Shown here: piece after piece, positions 8,898 through 17,802 of the stretch
Numbering within the stretch: position 1 is the first letter of the stretch
Layout: each line of letters starts with the position of its first letter
Assembly: GCA_966685145.1 (NCBI GenBank)
Contig: CBKXXB010000002.1
Span: 1 to 59,468, forward strand
DNA: 59,468 nucleotides
From: an uncultured bacterium
GTDB taxonomy: Bacteria; Patescibacteriota; Saccharimonadia; Saccharimonadales; OFTM59
Direction of reading: 5' to 3'
The notes under the pieces: model-generated
The model's input: only the letters and a program-made list of their open reading frames with translations
What the model was told of the DNA's origin: nothing
Databases searched by the model: none
Translations under genes and position numbers: made by a program

Positions 8898-9821
8898 TTA
8901 CGCCGAAATACTGATTAAAAATTGCTGCAGAGCTTCGTCCGGGTCAACTGAGGTAGTTTTCATTTTTATGTCCAGTTCGTACAAATCTTTTATCATTTTT
9001 TTCAGTTCTGCCTGGCTTAGTTTCCTGGCAATGTTCTGGCTTTTCTGTACTACGAAGGGATTAATACCAGCTTCTTTTGCTATGTCCTGAGGCTTTTTGT
9101 GTTCACTGCCAAACTTCACGATCGCCAGTACGTGCAACTGCCACGCCAGCATGGCTACTATTTGAGCTGGCTCAACTTTTAACGCCCTCTGTTCCTTATA
9201 CAAACTAAACACTCTTTTGAGGTTATTGGCGAACACTGCATCCAGCAGCTGGAAAATGGTGCTTTGCGGCGTTGGTTCAGTGAGCAGCTCTATAGTTTTG
9301 CGCGTAACAGAAGGGGCGTAGGTCAGCAGCTTTTTCAGCTCGCTTTCTAGTAACTGCTGGTTGGCACCGATGCGATCTACCAGGTATGATGCATCACCTA
9401 TAGATAGTGACCCGCCCCGTTTCTTGGCTTGTTCATGCAACCATTTCGGAAGTTCTTGAGGTGCCAGTTCATCAAACTGCTGAAACTCTGTCTTCTTCTG
9501 AAGCAGCTTGTAGTAGCTGCTTCGCTTGTCAGGTTTAGGCTCAACCACAATTACATCAGTTGAATCAGAAATTGATTCAACTAGTGACTCAAAGTTCTCC
9601 ACGAACTCTTTCTGAGTACCAGGGCGGTTCAACACGACTAGTTTCTTGCTAGTTAGAAATGGCAGGCTCTGCAGTGCCTCTGTTATTTTGGGGTACTCGA
9701 CCTCTTCGCAGTCAATCTTCTCGACTGCCATGTCGCCATACTGGCCAACAAAATCAGCCAGAAGACGATTATATTCGGCTCTCAACTGCAGTACATTATT
9801 GCCGCTCAGGCTAATTATCAT
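8898..9821 (-). CDS. holA: DNA polymerase III delta subunit
   Basis: About 307 aa with an overall HolA-like layout (N-terminal Rossmann-like part, C-terminal helical part). Its ATG at 9821 overlaps the mutM TGA stop (ATGA). Confidence 0.75.
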   Translation of the reverse strand: MIISLSGNNVLQLRAEYNRLLADFVGQYGDMAVEKIDCEEVEYPKITEALQSLPFLTSKKLVVLNRPGTQKEFVENFESLVESISDSTDVIVVEPKPDKRSSYYKLLQKKTEFQQFDELAPQELPKWLHEQAKKRGGSLSIGDASYLVDRIGANQQLLESELKKLLTYAPSVTRKTIELLTEPTPQSTIFQLLDAVFANNLKRVFSLYKEQRALKVEPAQIVAMLAWQLHVLAIVKFGSEHKKPQDIAKEAGINPFVVQKSQNIARKLSQAELKKMIKDLYELDIKMKTTSVDPDEALQQFLISISA

Positions 9822-10696
9822 GCGTTTTCCTCTTTTTGACAGCGAGGACAAATGTGGGTGCCGCGGCCGGCTACGCGGGTCTTGATAACGGTCTCACCGC
9901 ACCGCGGGCACGCTTCACCCTCGCGCCGAAAGACATTTGCGAAGCTTAGGTAACTCCCTTTTTTGCCCTCAGCGTTAACATAATTCTTATCCGTACTGCC
10001 GCCTTTCTCAATGCTCAGTTCAAGTATCGAGCGTAGTTCATCATATAATTTGTTCAATTTTGCAGAGGATAAGGTTCCAACACGCGTAGAAGGGTGGACC
10101 TTAGCTGCCCAGAGCGACTCGTCGGCATATATATTGCCAACGCCTGCAATCACAGTCTGATCCAGAAGCACCGCCTTGATAGTAGAATTAGGCCGGCGTT
10201 TGACCCGCTCACGGAAGTCTTTTGGCATAAAGGTAGCGGCCAACGGCTCAGGCCCTACTTTGCGGAAAAAGTCGATGTTTGGCACCTCAATTGTCGGCAA
10301 TAACCTAACCCAGCCAAACTTACGCTGATCATTGAAGAACAATCGGCTGCCGTCAGCAAAATCAAATACCACTCGAGTAGACCTGTCCGGTAGCTCACCT
10401 ATGAGAGAGTCATTAGGGTGTCCCGCACCGAACACCTCTCCACTACCCCTATATACCATTTGGCCAGTCATTTTCAGATGAATCACAAGTGAGTACTGAC
10501 TATCAAGCTCTATGAGCAGCACCTTTGCCCGACGCTTAACAGCGGTAACGGTAGCACCAATCAGAAATTCTTTAACATCGTCATCTGCATTCGGAAAACC
10601 TTTGGGCCAGTCATGCCAAACACTTATTATCTGCCTGCCAACAATAAATTGGGACAAACCAATGCGAATAGTTTCAACCTCAGGTAACTCCGGCAC
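9818..10696 (-). CDS. mutM: Formamidopyrimidine-DNA glycosylase
   Basis: N-terminal MPELPEVE catalytic motif, an H2TH region, and a C-terminal zinc finger CPRCG...CPRCQ. Confidence 0.92.
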   Translation of the reverse strand: MPELPEVETIRIGLSQFIVGRQIISVWHDWPKGFPNADDDVKEFLIGATVTAVKRRAKVLLIELDSQYSLVIHLKMTGQMVYRGSGEVFGAGHPNDSLIGELPDRSTRVVFDFADGSRLFFNDQRKFGWVRLLPTIEVPNIDFFRKVGPEPLAATFMPKDFRERVKRRPNSTIKAVLLDQTVIAGVGNIYADESLWAAKVHPSTRVGTLSSAKLNKLYDELRSILELSIEKGGSTDKNYVNAEGKKGSYLSFANVFRREGEACPRCGETVIKTRVAGRGTHICPRCQKEENA

Positions 10697-10750
10697 TTTA
10701 CTCTCTTCTCCCTACTTCTTTATTGTAACAGCGGACAGTACAATGAAAGC

Positions 10751-10990
10751 ATGACTAAAAGCCTGTCAGATATTTTGCGTGAGCAGCATTTCGAGGAGCC
10801 GCCAGAGGTAGTAATAATTAAGCAGTTCCTAGCAGACAAGTACCAGACGACTTGTAAAGTCAGTTTGGCATCTAATCAGATAGTAATTATCGTTACGTCG
10901 GCGGCGTTAGCTGGCACGCTCAGGATGCACCTAACAGAGCTGAAAAGGCTCTGCAATACTGATAAGCGGCTCTTGATAAGGATTAGCTAA
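10751..10990 (+). CDS. DUF721 (DciA-like) minimal protein
   Basis: 79 aa. The pattern M.SL.DIL...CKVSLASNQIVIIVTSAALAGTLRMHLTELKRL...LLIRI matches the DUF721 signature as I remember it. Confidence 0.5.
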   Translation: MTKSLSDILREQHFEEPPEVVIIKQFLADKYQTTCKVSLASNQIVIIVTSAALAGTLRMHLTELKRLCNTDKRLLIRIS

Positions 10991-11571
10991 CTTTTCGCGT
11001 AATTCGGGAGAATAGCCACAAGCTCTCTCTTAAACTGAGCAAAGTCCTTGTAAACTATAGCCTGCATTCCTTCTGCCTGCGCTGCCGTGCAGTAACGGTC
11101 TATATCATCAACCATTACCGCTTCATTAGTACCAACACCTAGACGCTTGCATATTAACTTATAGATTCGAGGATCCGGCTTGGTCATTCCTACCTGATAT
11201 GAAAATACTATTTCATCAAATAAAGCCTGTTCTTTTTGTGTCAAAAAATAGTCTGTAATCCAAGGGGATGCTACGTTGCTAAGCAGGCCGATTTTATAGC
11301 CTTCTTCTCTCAAATCACGTATATGGTCCAATAGAGCGTTATTCTTAACCACTTCCTGTCCAGCAGCATCTTCAAGCTCAGTAAAAGTACGGCCTGTAAT
11401 TTCTTTAATTTGTTCAGTGCTGTCGCTCTTACTTATCAGGCCGGCATCATAAGAGCGATGTACCTCGCGTACCGATTCAATATCTGTATTCTCAGGCAGG
11501 CTATCAATAAACGCCCGCCATGTATCTGTGGTCAAGACTCCAAAACAATCAAAAATAATCGCCCTTATCAC
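10987..11571 (-). CDS. HAD-superfamily hydrolase (subfamily IA-like)
   Basis: Motif I is IIFDCFGVLT (nucleophile Asp present, residue D+2 is Phe). LLSNV and VMVDDI motifs are present. The start codon is GTG. Confidence 0.75.
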   Translation of the reverse strand: MIRAIIFDCFGVLTTDTWRAFIDSLPENTDIESVREVHRSYDAGLISKSDSTEQIKEITGRTFTELEDAAGQEVVKNNALLDHIRDLREEGYKIGLLSNVASPWITDYFLTQKEQALFDEIVFSYQVGMTKPDPRIYKLICKRLGVGTNEAVMVDDIDRYCTAAQAEGMQAIVYKDFAQFKRELVAILPNYAKS

Positions 11572-11600
11572 CCTACCATGGTAACAGGTCTAAAAAAGCT

Positions 11601-12164
11601 CTATAGGTCTACGCCCCGGCTAAAGTCTCGGTACTGTGGTATTTGATTTTCAAATAATCGTTTTACAAGGTTGGGGTTGCCTGCAAAAGAACCGTCATTA
11701 CGCCCACAGCTTGTTGACCAAAGACGCAGCAGCTCCTCGCCTTCGTGTTCAAACTCATAAATGTAGCGTATCCCTAGCGGGCAGACACCTTTTTCATTTG
11801 GGTACTGGGCTTCTTTGCTTCGCGAAAATCCGGCATTTTTAAGCGCATGCAGGAACTCGTTATAGGCGGCCTGAGTGTTAGAGAAAGTCTCTGACTTTAT
11901 AACTGTTTGGTTGTAACCGCTGAGTGCCTCTGCGGTTCTCTGATTGCGATTAACGGTGATTCGTATAGCCCGATGCTCTTCCTCGGCATTAATTTCGCCA
12001 TCAATAGTATAAGTTACACTTGCGGGTGTAAAACTATACTCTACAAGGTTCAACTGCTGCTCGCCTGTCTGTTGAGAATCAGGAGAGGGGTCACGTGTGA
12101 CTAGCAGCACAATGACTATGATTAAAACTACGCCTATTCCCAGTAAACCTAGCACGAATTTCAT
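11601..12164 (-). CDS. Hypothetical membrane-anchored (exported) protein
   Basis: ATG at 12164 (MKFVLGLLGIGVVLIIVIVLLV), a single N-terminal TM helix, and no recognised domain. Confidence 0.55.
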   Translation of the reverse strand: MKFVLGLLGIGVVLIIVIVLLVTRDPSPDSQQTGEQQLNLVEYSFTPASVTYTIDGEINAEEEHRAIRITVNRNQRTAEALSGYNQTVIKSETFSNTQAAYNEFLHALKNAGFSRSKEAQYPNEKGVCPLGIRYIYEFEHEGEELLRLWSTSCGRNDGSFAGNPNLVKRLFENQIPQYRDFSRGVDL

Positions 12165-12246
12165 ATACTTATTATAGCACAAAACGGTATTATTTCAACG
12201 CTAGTGATTATTAGTACGCATTGTTTAGTAAGGTACAATTAAGTTA

Positions 12247-13560
12247 ATGGGAGCTCTAGGCGAAGTTATTCAGAATCCGTTAGCTAGATCAGCTGCCGTA
12301 GCTGGTGCGGAAGCTTTAGGGATCGTAGCTCTTACCACAATCTATAATCATCGCGAGCTGACGCACAACTCATTGAAGCTGGGCCGCGTTCTGCGTACAG
12401 TAGCCAGAACGGCAATGCGCGCAATAGGGATGAACCCTTACGTGTGGGCCTCAGTACACACCGTCCATCACTCCACACCTGATGCCAATCTGGTGCCGCT
12501 TCTTGAGGCAGCCGATTATTTAGAGTGGCGCGGCATACATTCTGAGGTGTCATCCCCGCCTATTCCGGACACTTTTGCCGGTCTGGACCCGGTAGCCGTC
12601 CTATCGCCTGAACAGGTAAAAGATATCGGCAGCTCCGCACGCAAACTAGTAGAGAATCGTTACGACGCACCCGATTCATATTCCGACGAGGAAGCAACTC
12701 GCTTACTTGATCCTGTAACCCCTAGGTACCTTTATGATGAGAGACCAAGATTCTTGAAGCGTATTCTTTCACGTCACAGAACCTTTAAAGAACCGATTTC
12801 TAATAAGCGTAGCCTGGAGTACCTGACTCCGGAACTACGCGACGCCCACTCTCCCGCACTGCATCCTAAAGGAGTAGTCGGAGTGTTCTTTGACAACGTG
12901 CATCTTTATAGTAAAGACGGTGAACATTTCAAAGACAACACCAACCGGCTGCCGCACCTTCAACAAGAGTCATCAGATAAAATCGGCGAAAAGCCAAAAT
13001 GGGGTCAGCGCTGCCTCATTATCGGTAATATTGCTGTGGCGGCAACTATGTTCGGAAGCCTTACCCTTCCAGCGTTAGCAGGATCGGTCCTAACAGGTTA
13101 CGCAATGACAGGTTTAATGGCTGCAGGCTTAAGAGGTGGCGGCAACCTTACCAACAGCTTCGGACACGGCGGCAAGGAGCCTATTAAGACCTTCTTGAGA
13201 GGTGTGCTCTACAAGGATTACAAACCTAGGCCCAAAGCAGACGGAACATTTGCAGCTAATGCGAAATCGTTAAGCCTTCCGACATTCGATGAAGTGGGCG
13301 GACAAGATGAACATCATGAAAATCCCGGCAGTATTGCCTACTCGAACAAAGAGGGCTTTAGAAGGTTTATTGAAGCACCTTTTGGTGTAGTGCTGGAATC
13401 CTTGGCAAACCGTAATATTGGCATACGGCACAGCGAGGGTTTCGGTCTTAAGCCTGGTGAGAGACGGCCGGATGAGGCATCGGAAGCCGTACTTAAACTG
13501 CAGGATGCCCGTATCATGACCATGCAGGGTCAGCTGCCGGAAAAGCAACAAGCAGCATAA
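12247..13560 (+). CDS. Divergent membrane fatty-acid desaturase-like protein (delta-9 type His boxes)
   Basis: His boxes HRELTH (aa 35-40) and HTVHH (aa 71-75) have the delta-9-like ~30 aa spacing. A partial third box is GGQDEHHENPGS (aa 351-362). Hydrophobic segments lie at the N-terminus and at aa ~256-295. Confidence 0.6.
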   Translation: MGALGEVIQNPLARSAAVAGAEALGIVALTTIYNHRELTHNSLKLGRVLRTVARTAMRAIGMNPYVWASVHTVHHSTPDANLVPLLEAADYLEWRGIHSEVSSPPIPDTFAGLDPVAVLSPEQVKDIGSSARKLVENRYDAPDSYSDEEATRLLDPVTPRYLYDERPRFLKRILSRHRTFKEPISNKRSLEYLTPELRDAHSPALHPKGVVGVFFDNVHLYSKDGEHFKDNTNRLPHLQQESSDKIGEKPKWGQRCLIIGNIAVAATMFGSLTLPALAGSVLTGYAMTGLMAAGLRGGGNLTNSFGHGGKEPIKTFLRGVLYKDYKPRPKADGTFAANAKSLSLPTFDEVGGQDEHHENPGSIAYSNKEGFRRFIEAPFGVVLESLANRNIGIRHSEGFGLKPGERRPDEASEAVLKLQDARIMTMQGQLPEKQQAA

Positions 13561-13562
13561 GG

Positions 13563-14498
13563 CTATTTTGCAGCAATAACTGCTTGCTGAATACTCTTTC
13601 GCATAACAATATGAGGAATAACTAAGCGTCTCGGCAAGCCCGTGCTTTTAATGGGCAGTCGCGTACGCGTTAAAACTATATTTGCGGAATCAGAATCGCT
13701 TATGATCAAGGTTTGTCCGCGCCCTGCGTCCTGAATGACAAGCACTTTGTGTTTATTGTCCGGAAATAGAGTGCCCATTGCCTCAAGCATGTCCTGCTCA
13801 CGACTTAAAAGCTCCTCCGCTTTGGCTGTTTCGATCTGAAAAACAACCACCGGCTCATCAAGCCCAAAATCGCAATCATCTTTAGCATCATCTCGCAAAA
13901 CTTCCTCTAAATTTTCAAGCACATAGGCGGATTTGTAGTCGTACATGCTACGGGGCAAATCCTTGTGCTCGGGCAGCAGTTTTTCTTGAAGCCAGTTACG
14001 CATCCTTTGGTCACGAAATGTCGTAGTGTCGGCCTGGAAATTGACCGTATTGGAGTGTATGCCGCATAACAAAAGTGCCGCGTGTTCGGGCTGAAGCCGG
14101 GTTGGCATATCAAAATAAAACAGCTCAGCAACTTGGGTTGCAGCTGCGCCAACCGGCTCTATGCGGAACCTGGCATTTGGAAACGCCTTATAGTCGGCAA
14201 ATAACCGATGATCGATGACTTCTATGACACCGTCGGGACGAACAATTTGCGGCAGGCCTTTCGGCTCGCTGGCGTCAACCAAAATGAATTCATCAAACTT
14301 ATCATTATCTCCAAGAATCCTTACTTCCAGACCGAGCTGCTCGCAAACGAATCGCGGTTCTACGTGCAATCCGCCGCCGGCAGCTGCCACATAGGTTTTA
14401 GAGCTGTCTCTTGTCTGCTGATAACTCGCGTATGCCAGCATGCATGATACCGCATCAGTATCGGGATAAACGGAGCCTGTAACTAAAACTTGTTTCAT
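13563..14498 (-). CDS. DHH-family protein resembling family II (Mn-dependent) inorganic pyrophosphatase, with substituted metal-ligand positions
   Basis: 311 aa. VLVTGSVYPDTDAVSCMLAYA, ILVDASE, IEVIDHRLF...RIEPVGAATQV and GIHSNTVNF line up by eye with PpaC segments GHQNPDTD, LVDHNE, VIDHH and SDS. Confidence 0.7.
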   Translation of the reverse strand: MKQVLVTGSVYPDTDAVSCMLAYASYQQTRDSSKTYVAAAGGGLHVEPRFVCEQLGLEVRILGDNDKFDEFILVDASEPKGLPQIVRPDGVIEVIDHRLFADYKAFPNARFRIEPVGAAATQVAELFYFDMPTRLQPEHAALLLCGIHSNTVNFQADTTTFRDQRMRNWLQEKLLPEHKDLPRSMYDYKSAYVLENLEEVLRDDAKDDCDFGLDEPVVVFQIETAKAEELLSREQDMLEAMGTLFPDNKHKVLVIQDAGRGQTLIISDSDSANIVLTRTRLPIKSTGLPRRLVIPHIVMRKSIQQAVIAAK

Positions 14499-14499
14499 T

Positions 14500-15066
14500 T
14501 TAAAGCCCGAGCTCGCGTATGTAATCGTTAGTGTTCAAATGGTCCTGCGCATAGTGCCGAATTGCTTCATCAATTAGTGAAATGTCTTTTACGGGTATGT
14601 CACCTAGCTTCTTTATATTCTCTGCCACTCCTTCTATATCACCACAAACCACGTCACAGGTACTAAAAACGAAAGGATCCTTATAGTTATGAACCGTGCC
14701 GTGAGCATACTCTTTAGTAGAGCCGTTGAACTTTCCGCCCATAGGCGCCAGGCCTATTACGGGCCTCTTCAGGTACTTGGCTATCATTATTTCCTGCGAA
14801 CCGCCTATGCTGATATCATCCGATAAATACACCAACACTACGTCAGCTTTCGATATTAGGTAGCAGTCACAGCCAAAAACTTCTGAATAATCCTCTAAGT
14901 TGGCGTTAGTTTTAACCGGGTCCAGGTTCTTTAGGCTCAGACCGCTCAACTTCTCAATCTTCGCACAAAACTCGTCACGCCAATGATGCTTACCGAATAC
15001 CGAATCCTTCGAAACCTTGCCCGCAATATAGACTTTTACTTGGCGAGCATCTACTTCCTGCGCCAT
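14500..15066 (-). CDS. Nucleoside 2-deoxyribosyltransferase-like protein
   Basis: VYIAGKV near the N-terminus, and DISIGGSQEIMIAKYLKRPVIGL matching the D..G...E.G.A...KPV pattern. Its ATG at 15066 shares one nt with the polA TGA stop. Confidence 0.55.
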   Translation of the reverse strand: MAQEVDARQVKVYIAGKVSKDSVFGKHHWRDEFCAKIEKLSGLSLKNLDPVKTNANLEDYSEVFGCDCYLISKADVVLVYLSDDISIGGSQEIMIAKYLKRPVIGLAPMGGKFNGSTKEYAHGTVHNYKDPFVFSTCDVVCGDIEGVAENIKKLGDIPVKDISLIDEAIRHYAQDHLNTNDYIRELGL

Positions 15067-17720
15067 CAAAGTTCGCCCCAGTTCTGGCCAATACTTGTAT
15101 CTACTGTCAGTTTAACTGGCAGCTTGTGAACATTTTCCATGGTTGTTTTGAGTAGCTTAGCAGTAGTCTCGGCCTCTTCTTCGGGGCATTCAACAAGTAT
15201 GGAGTCGTGAATCTGGAGCAGTATCTTGCATGGTGTTGACTCCAACTCGCGAGCCACCGCCACCATAGCCAGCTTCATAATATCCGCCGCGCTTCCCTGG
15301 AAGGGCATGTTAACGGCCGCACGCATGGCAGCCTCACGCACCATAAAGTTAGAGGACTGCGCGTCTGGCGTAGGCCTGCGCCGACCAAATATTGTCTCAA
15401 CGTAGCCTTGCTCCAGTGCCTGCTTTTTAACCGACTCAATATAAGAAAGCAGTTTCGGACGGACTTTGAAATATTTTTCTATAAAATGTTTAGCCTGTTC
15501 GTATGTCATGCCCGTTGCCTGGGTTAAGCCGTGGGCGCTCAGCCCATACATGACGCCAAAATTTACGACTTTGGCATCTCGACGCATGTTTTTGGTCACC
15601 TCTTCCGGATTGCGACCGTAAATTTCTGCAGCCGTAGCCACATGCACGTCTACGTCCCGATTGAACATATCAATCAGATCGTCGTCATCAGATAAATAAG
15701 CAGCTAGCCTGAGTTCGAACTGGGAATAATCAGCGCTGACTAAGGCTTTGCCGGGTGCAGCCACGAAGGCCGTGCGGATCTCTTTACCTAGATCGCTACG
15801 TACAGGGATATTCTGAAGATTCGGGTCGGCTGAGCTCAAACGTCCTGTTTGGGCAATCGTAAGGTTGAAAGTCGTGTGTAAACGCGAGTTCTTATCCACC
15901 AGTTTTGGCAGCGCGTCTATATAAGTGCTTTTAAGTTTTGTAAGTTCGCGGTATTCAGTGATAAGGTCTATGATCGTATGCGATCCTCGTAACTTGTCCA
16001 GCTCGCTGGCAGCTGTCGAGTAGGCGGTTTTGCCTCTTTTGATTCCTTGCGTAGAAAGTTTGAGCTTGGTGAATAATACTTCAGCCAACTGGCCTGGAGA
16101 GCTTATATTGAACTCCTGGTCGGCATGACCGTAAATTTGTTGCTCAATGTCACCGATACTGTCTTCAAGCCGTCTGGACATTTCTGCCAGATGCTTGGTA
16201 TCAAGCTGTATACCCTCATACTCCATTGCGGCCAGCACAGGAATTACCGGCCATTCAATCTCCTGGGCCAACTGTTCAACCTTAGGCATTTTGTGCAGTT
16301 CTTCTGTCTGTTGATCCGCTAAGGCCTTAACGATCTGAATGACTTCGCCCGCCCGTTCAATAAGCTCTTCGGTCGGAAGGTCCTCTAGTGGTGAACCATC
16401 GTAACCTAAGTCAGCGCGCGCAAGCTCAGTCAGCGACTGCTCTCTACGCAGACTGTTTAATAAAAAGGCGCCGACCAGAACATCATGGCCAACCTGCTCG
16501 AGTTTAAGCCCTAGGCTGTACCCCGCCTTTATGGTCGACTTCACATCATAACCAATTAGCTCCGCTCCCTGCAATTGCGGACCTAAGGCTTGCTGCAACG
16601 CTTTGGAGCTGATTGCTGCCAGATCAAGCGCGTAGACAGTCTTGCCATCTACGCTTAGAATCAACAGCTTGGGTTCACGACCGTGCTTGCCAGCCGCTCG
16701 ACTGTGAACGTAAACCCGGGCGGCTTCCTGCAACCGGAGCTGGCCAAGTTCTTTGTCCGAATTTATGATAACCGTGCTTGTGCGGTTTGTTTGATCAAAA
16801 TTGTGGCTCGGACCGTCGTGTTCCATAACTCGCATCGCCTCCGGCAGCTGCCGTACAAGTGTCCGAAACTCGAGTTTCTGCAATAAATCGCGTACCTTTA
16901 CGGGATCGCATTTGCTGCCATCAACCTCTTTAAGGTCCAGCTTGATGGGTGCATCGGTCCAAATAGCAGCTAATTTTTTACTCAGATATGCCAGTTCTTT
17001 GCCTGCTTCTAATTTAGCCCGGGTACTTTCTTTGATCAGCACCAAATTATCGTAGACTCCGTCCAGTGTTTTGTACTGCTTTAGTAGCTCAATCGCAGTC
17101 TTCTCACCTATTCCGGGGACACCCGGTATGTTGTCAGACGAATCGCCCTTCAAGGCTTTAAGATCTAAGAACTGTGTTGCATCAAGTCCGTACTTCGCCG
17201 TAAAGCTGTCAGGATGGAAGAGTTCAATATTGCTAAGTCCTTTTTTAAGCGCATACACTTGGACATGCTTGTCTACCAGCTGCAGTACATCCAAGTCACT
17301 TGTAATTAACATGGTTTCAATACCCCTGGCAGTAGCTTGGACCGCCAATGCGCCCATGATGTCGTCAGCTTCATAGTCATCAAGCTCGTAAAGTGGCCAA
17401 CCGAAGGCCTGCAATAGCTCATGGAGAACCGGAATCTGTTCCTGGAAATCGGGCGGTGCCGGCTTGCGTCCAGCCTTGTACTCCGGATACATCTCCAGAC
17501 GCTTTCTGATATTAGTCTTGGGTTTATCCCAAGCCACTGCTACATAGTCAGGCTTAAGACGCTTAATTACTTCGAGCGCCATGACCGCGAACCCGTATAC
17601 TCCACCCGTGGGCTTACCATCGCGCGTCGAAAGATGAGACATGGCATAGTAGCCACGATAAAACACGCTCTTGCCGTCTATAATCGCCAGACGCTTTCTT
17701 TCTCCGCGCTCAACTACCAT
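15066..17720 (-). CDS. polA: DNA polymerase I
   Basis: A 5-prime nuclease domain (IIDGKSVFYRGYYAM, GDSSDNIPGVPGIGEKTA), a central exo-like region, and Pol A motifs (DYSQFELR, RRDAKVVNFGVMYG, QIHDS). The internal ATG at 17720 is preferred over the tracked GTG at 17798. Confidence 0.95.
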   Translation of the reverse strand: MVVERGERKRLAIIDGKSVFYRGYYAMSHLSTRDGKPTGGVYGFAVMALEVIKRLKPDYVAVAWDKPKTNIRKRLEMYPEYKAGRKPAPPDFQEQIPVLHELLQAFGWPLYELDDYEADDIMGALAVQATARGIETMLITSDLDVLQLVDKHVQVYALKKGLSNIELFHPDSFTAKYGLDATQFLDLKALKGDSSDNIPGVPGIGEKTAIELLKQYKTLDGVYDNLVLIKESTRAKLEAGKELAYLSKKLAAIWTDAPIKLDLKEVDGSKCDPVKVRDLLQKLEFRTLVRQLPEAMRVMEHDGPSHNFDQTNRTSTVIINSDKELGQLRLQEAARVYVHSRAAGKHGREPKLLILSVDGKTVYALDLAAISSKALQQALGPQLQGAELIGYDVKSTIKAGYSLGLKLEQVGHDVLVGAFLLNSLRREQSLTELARADLGYDGSPLEDLPTEELIERAGEVIQIVKALADQQTEELHKMPKVEQLAQEIEWPVIPVLAAMEYEGIQLDTKHLAEMSRRLEDSIGDIEQQIYGHADQEFNISSPGQLAEVLFTKLKLSTQGIKRGKTAYSTAASELDKLRGSHTIIDLITEYRELTKLKSTYIDALPKLVDKNSRLHTTFNLTIAQTGRLSSADPNLQNIPVRSDLGKEIRTAFVAAPGKALVSADYSQFELRLAAYLSDDDDLIDMFNRDVDVHVATAAEIYGRNPEEVTKNMRRDAKVVNFGVMYGLSAHGLTQATGMTYEQAKHFIEKYFKVRPKLLSYIESVKKQALEQGYVETIFGRRRPTPDAQSSNFMVREAAMRAAVNMPFQGSAADIMKLAMVAVARELESTPCKILLQIHDSILVECPEEEAETTAKLLKTTMENVHKLPVKLTVDTSIGQNWGEL

Positions 17721-17802
17721 AACATTAGTATACCTCTTGTAATTAATAGTAGCGATGCTTCCTTGAGGCCGTACAGTATACTGGGTATCAAGAAGCACTT
17801 AA

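Noticed and set aside
9818-9821. Alternative genetic code with UGA recoded, as in some CPR lineages.
   Set aside because: TGA terminates conserved proteins at their expected C-termini (mutM at 9818-9820, polA at 15066-15068, MgtE-like half 1 at 18397-18399, PHP at 39193-39195). All conserved genes are intact under code 11.
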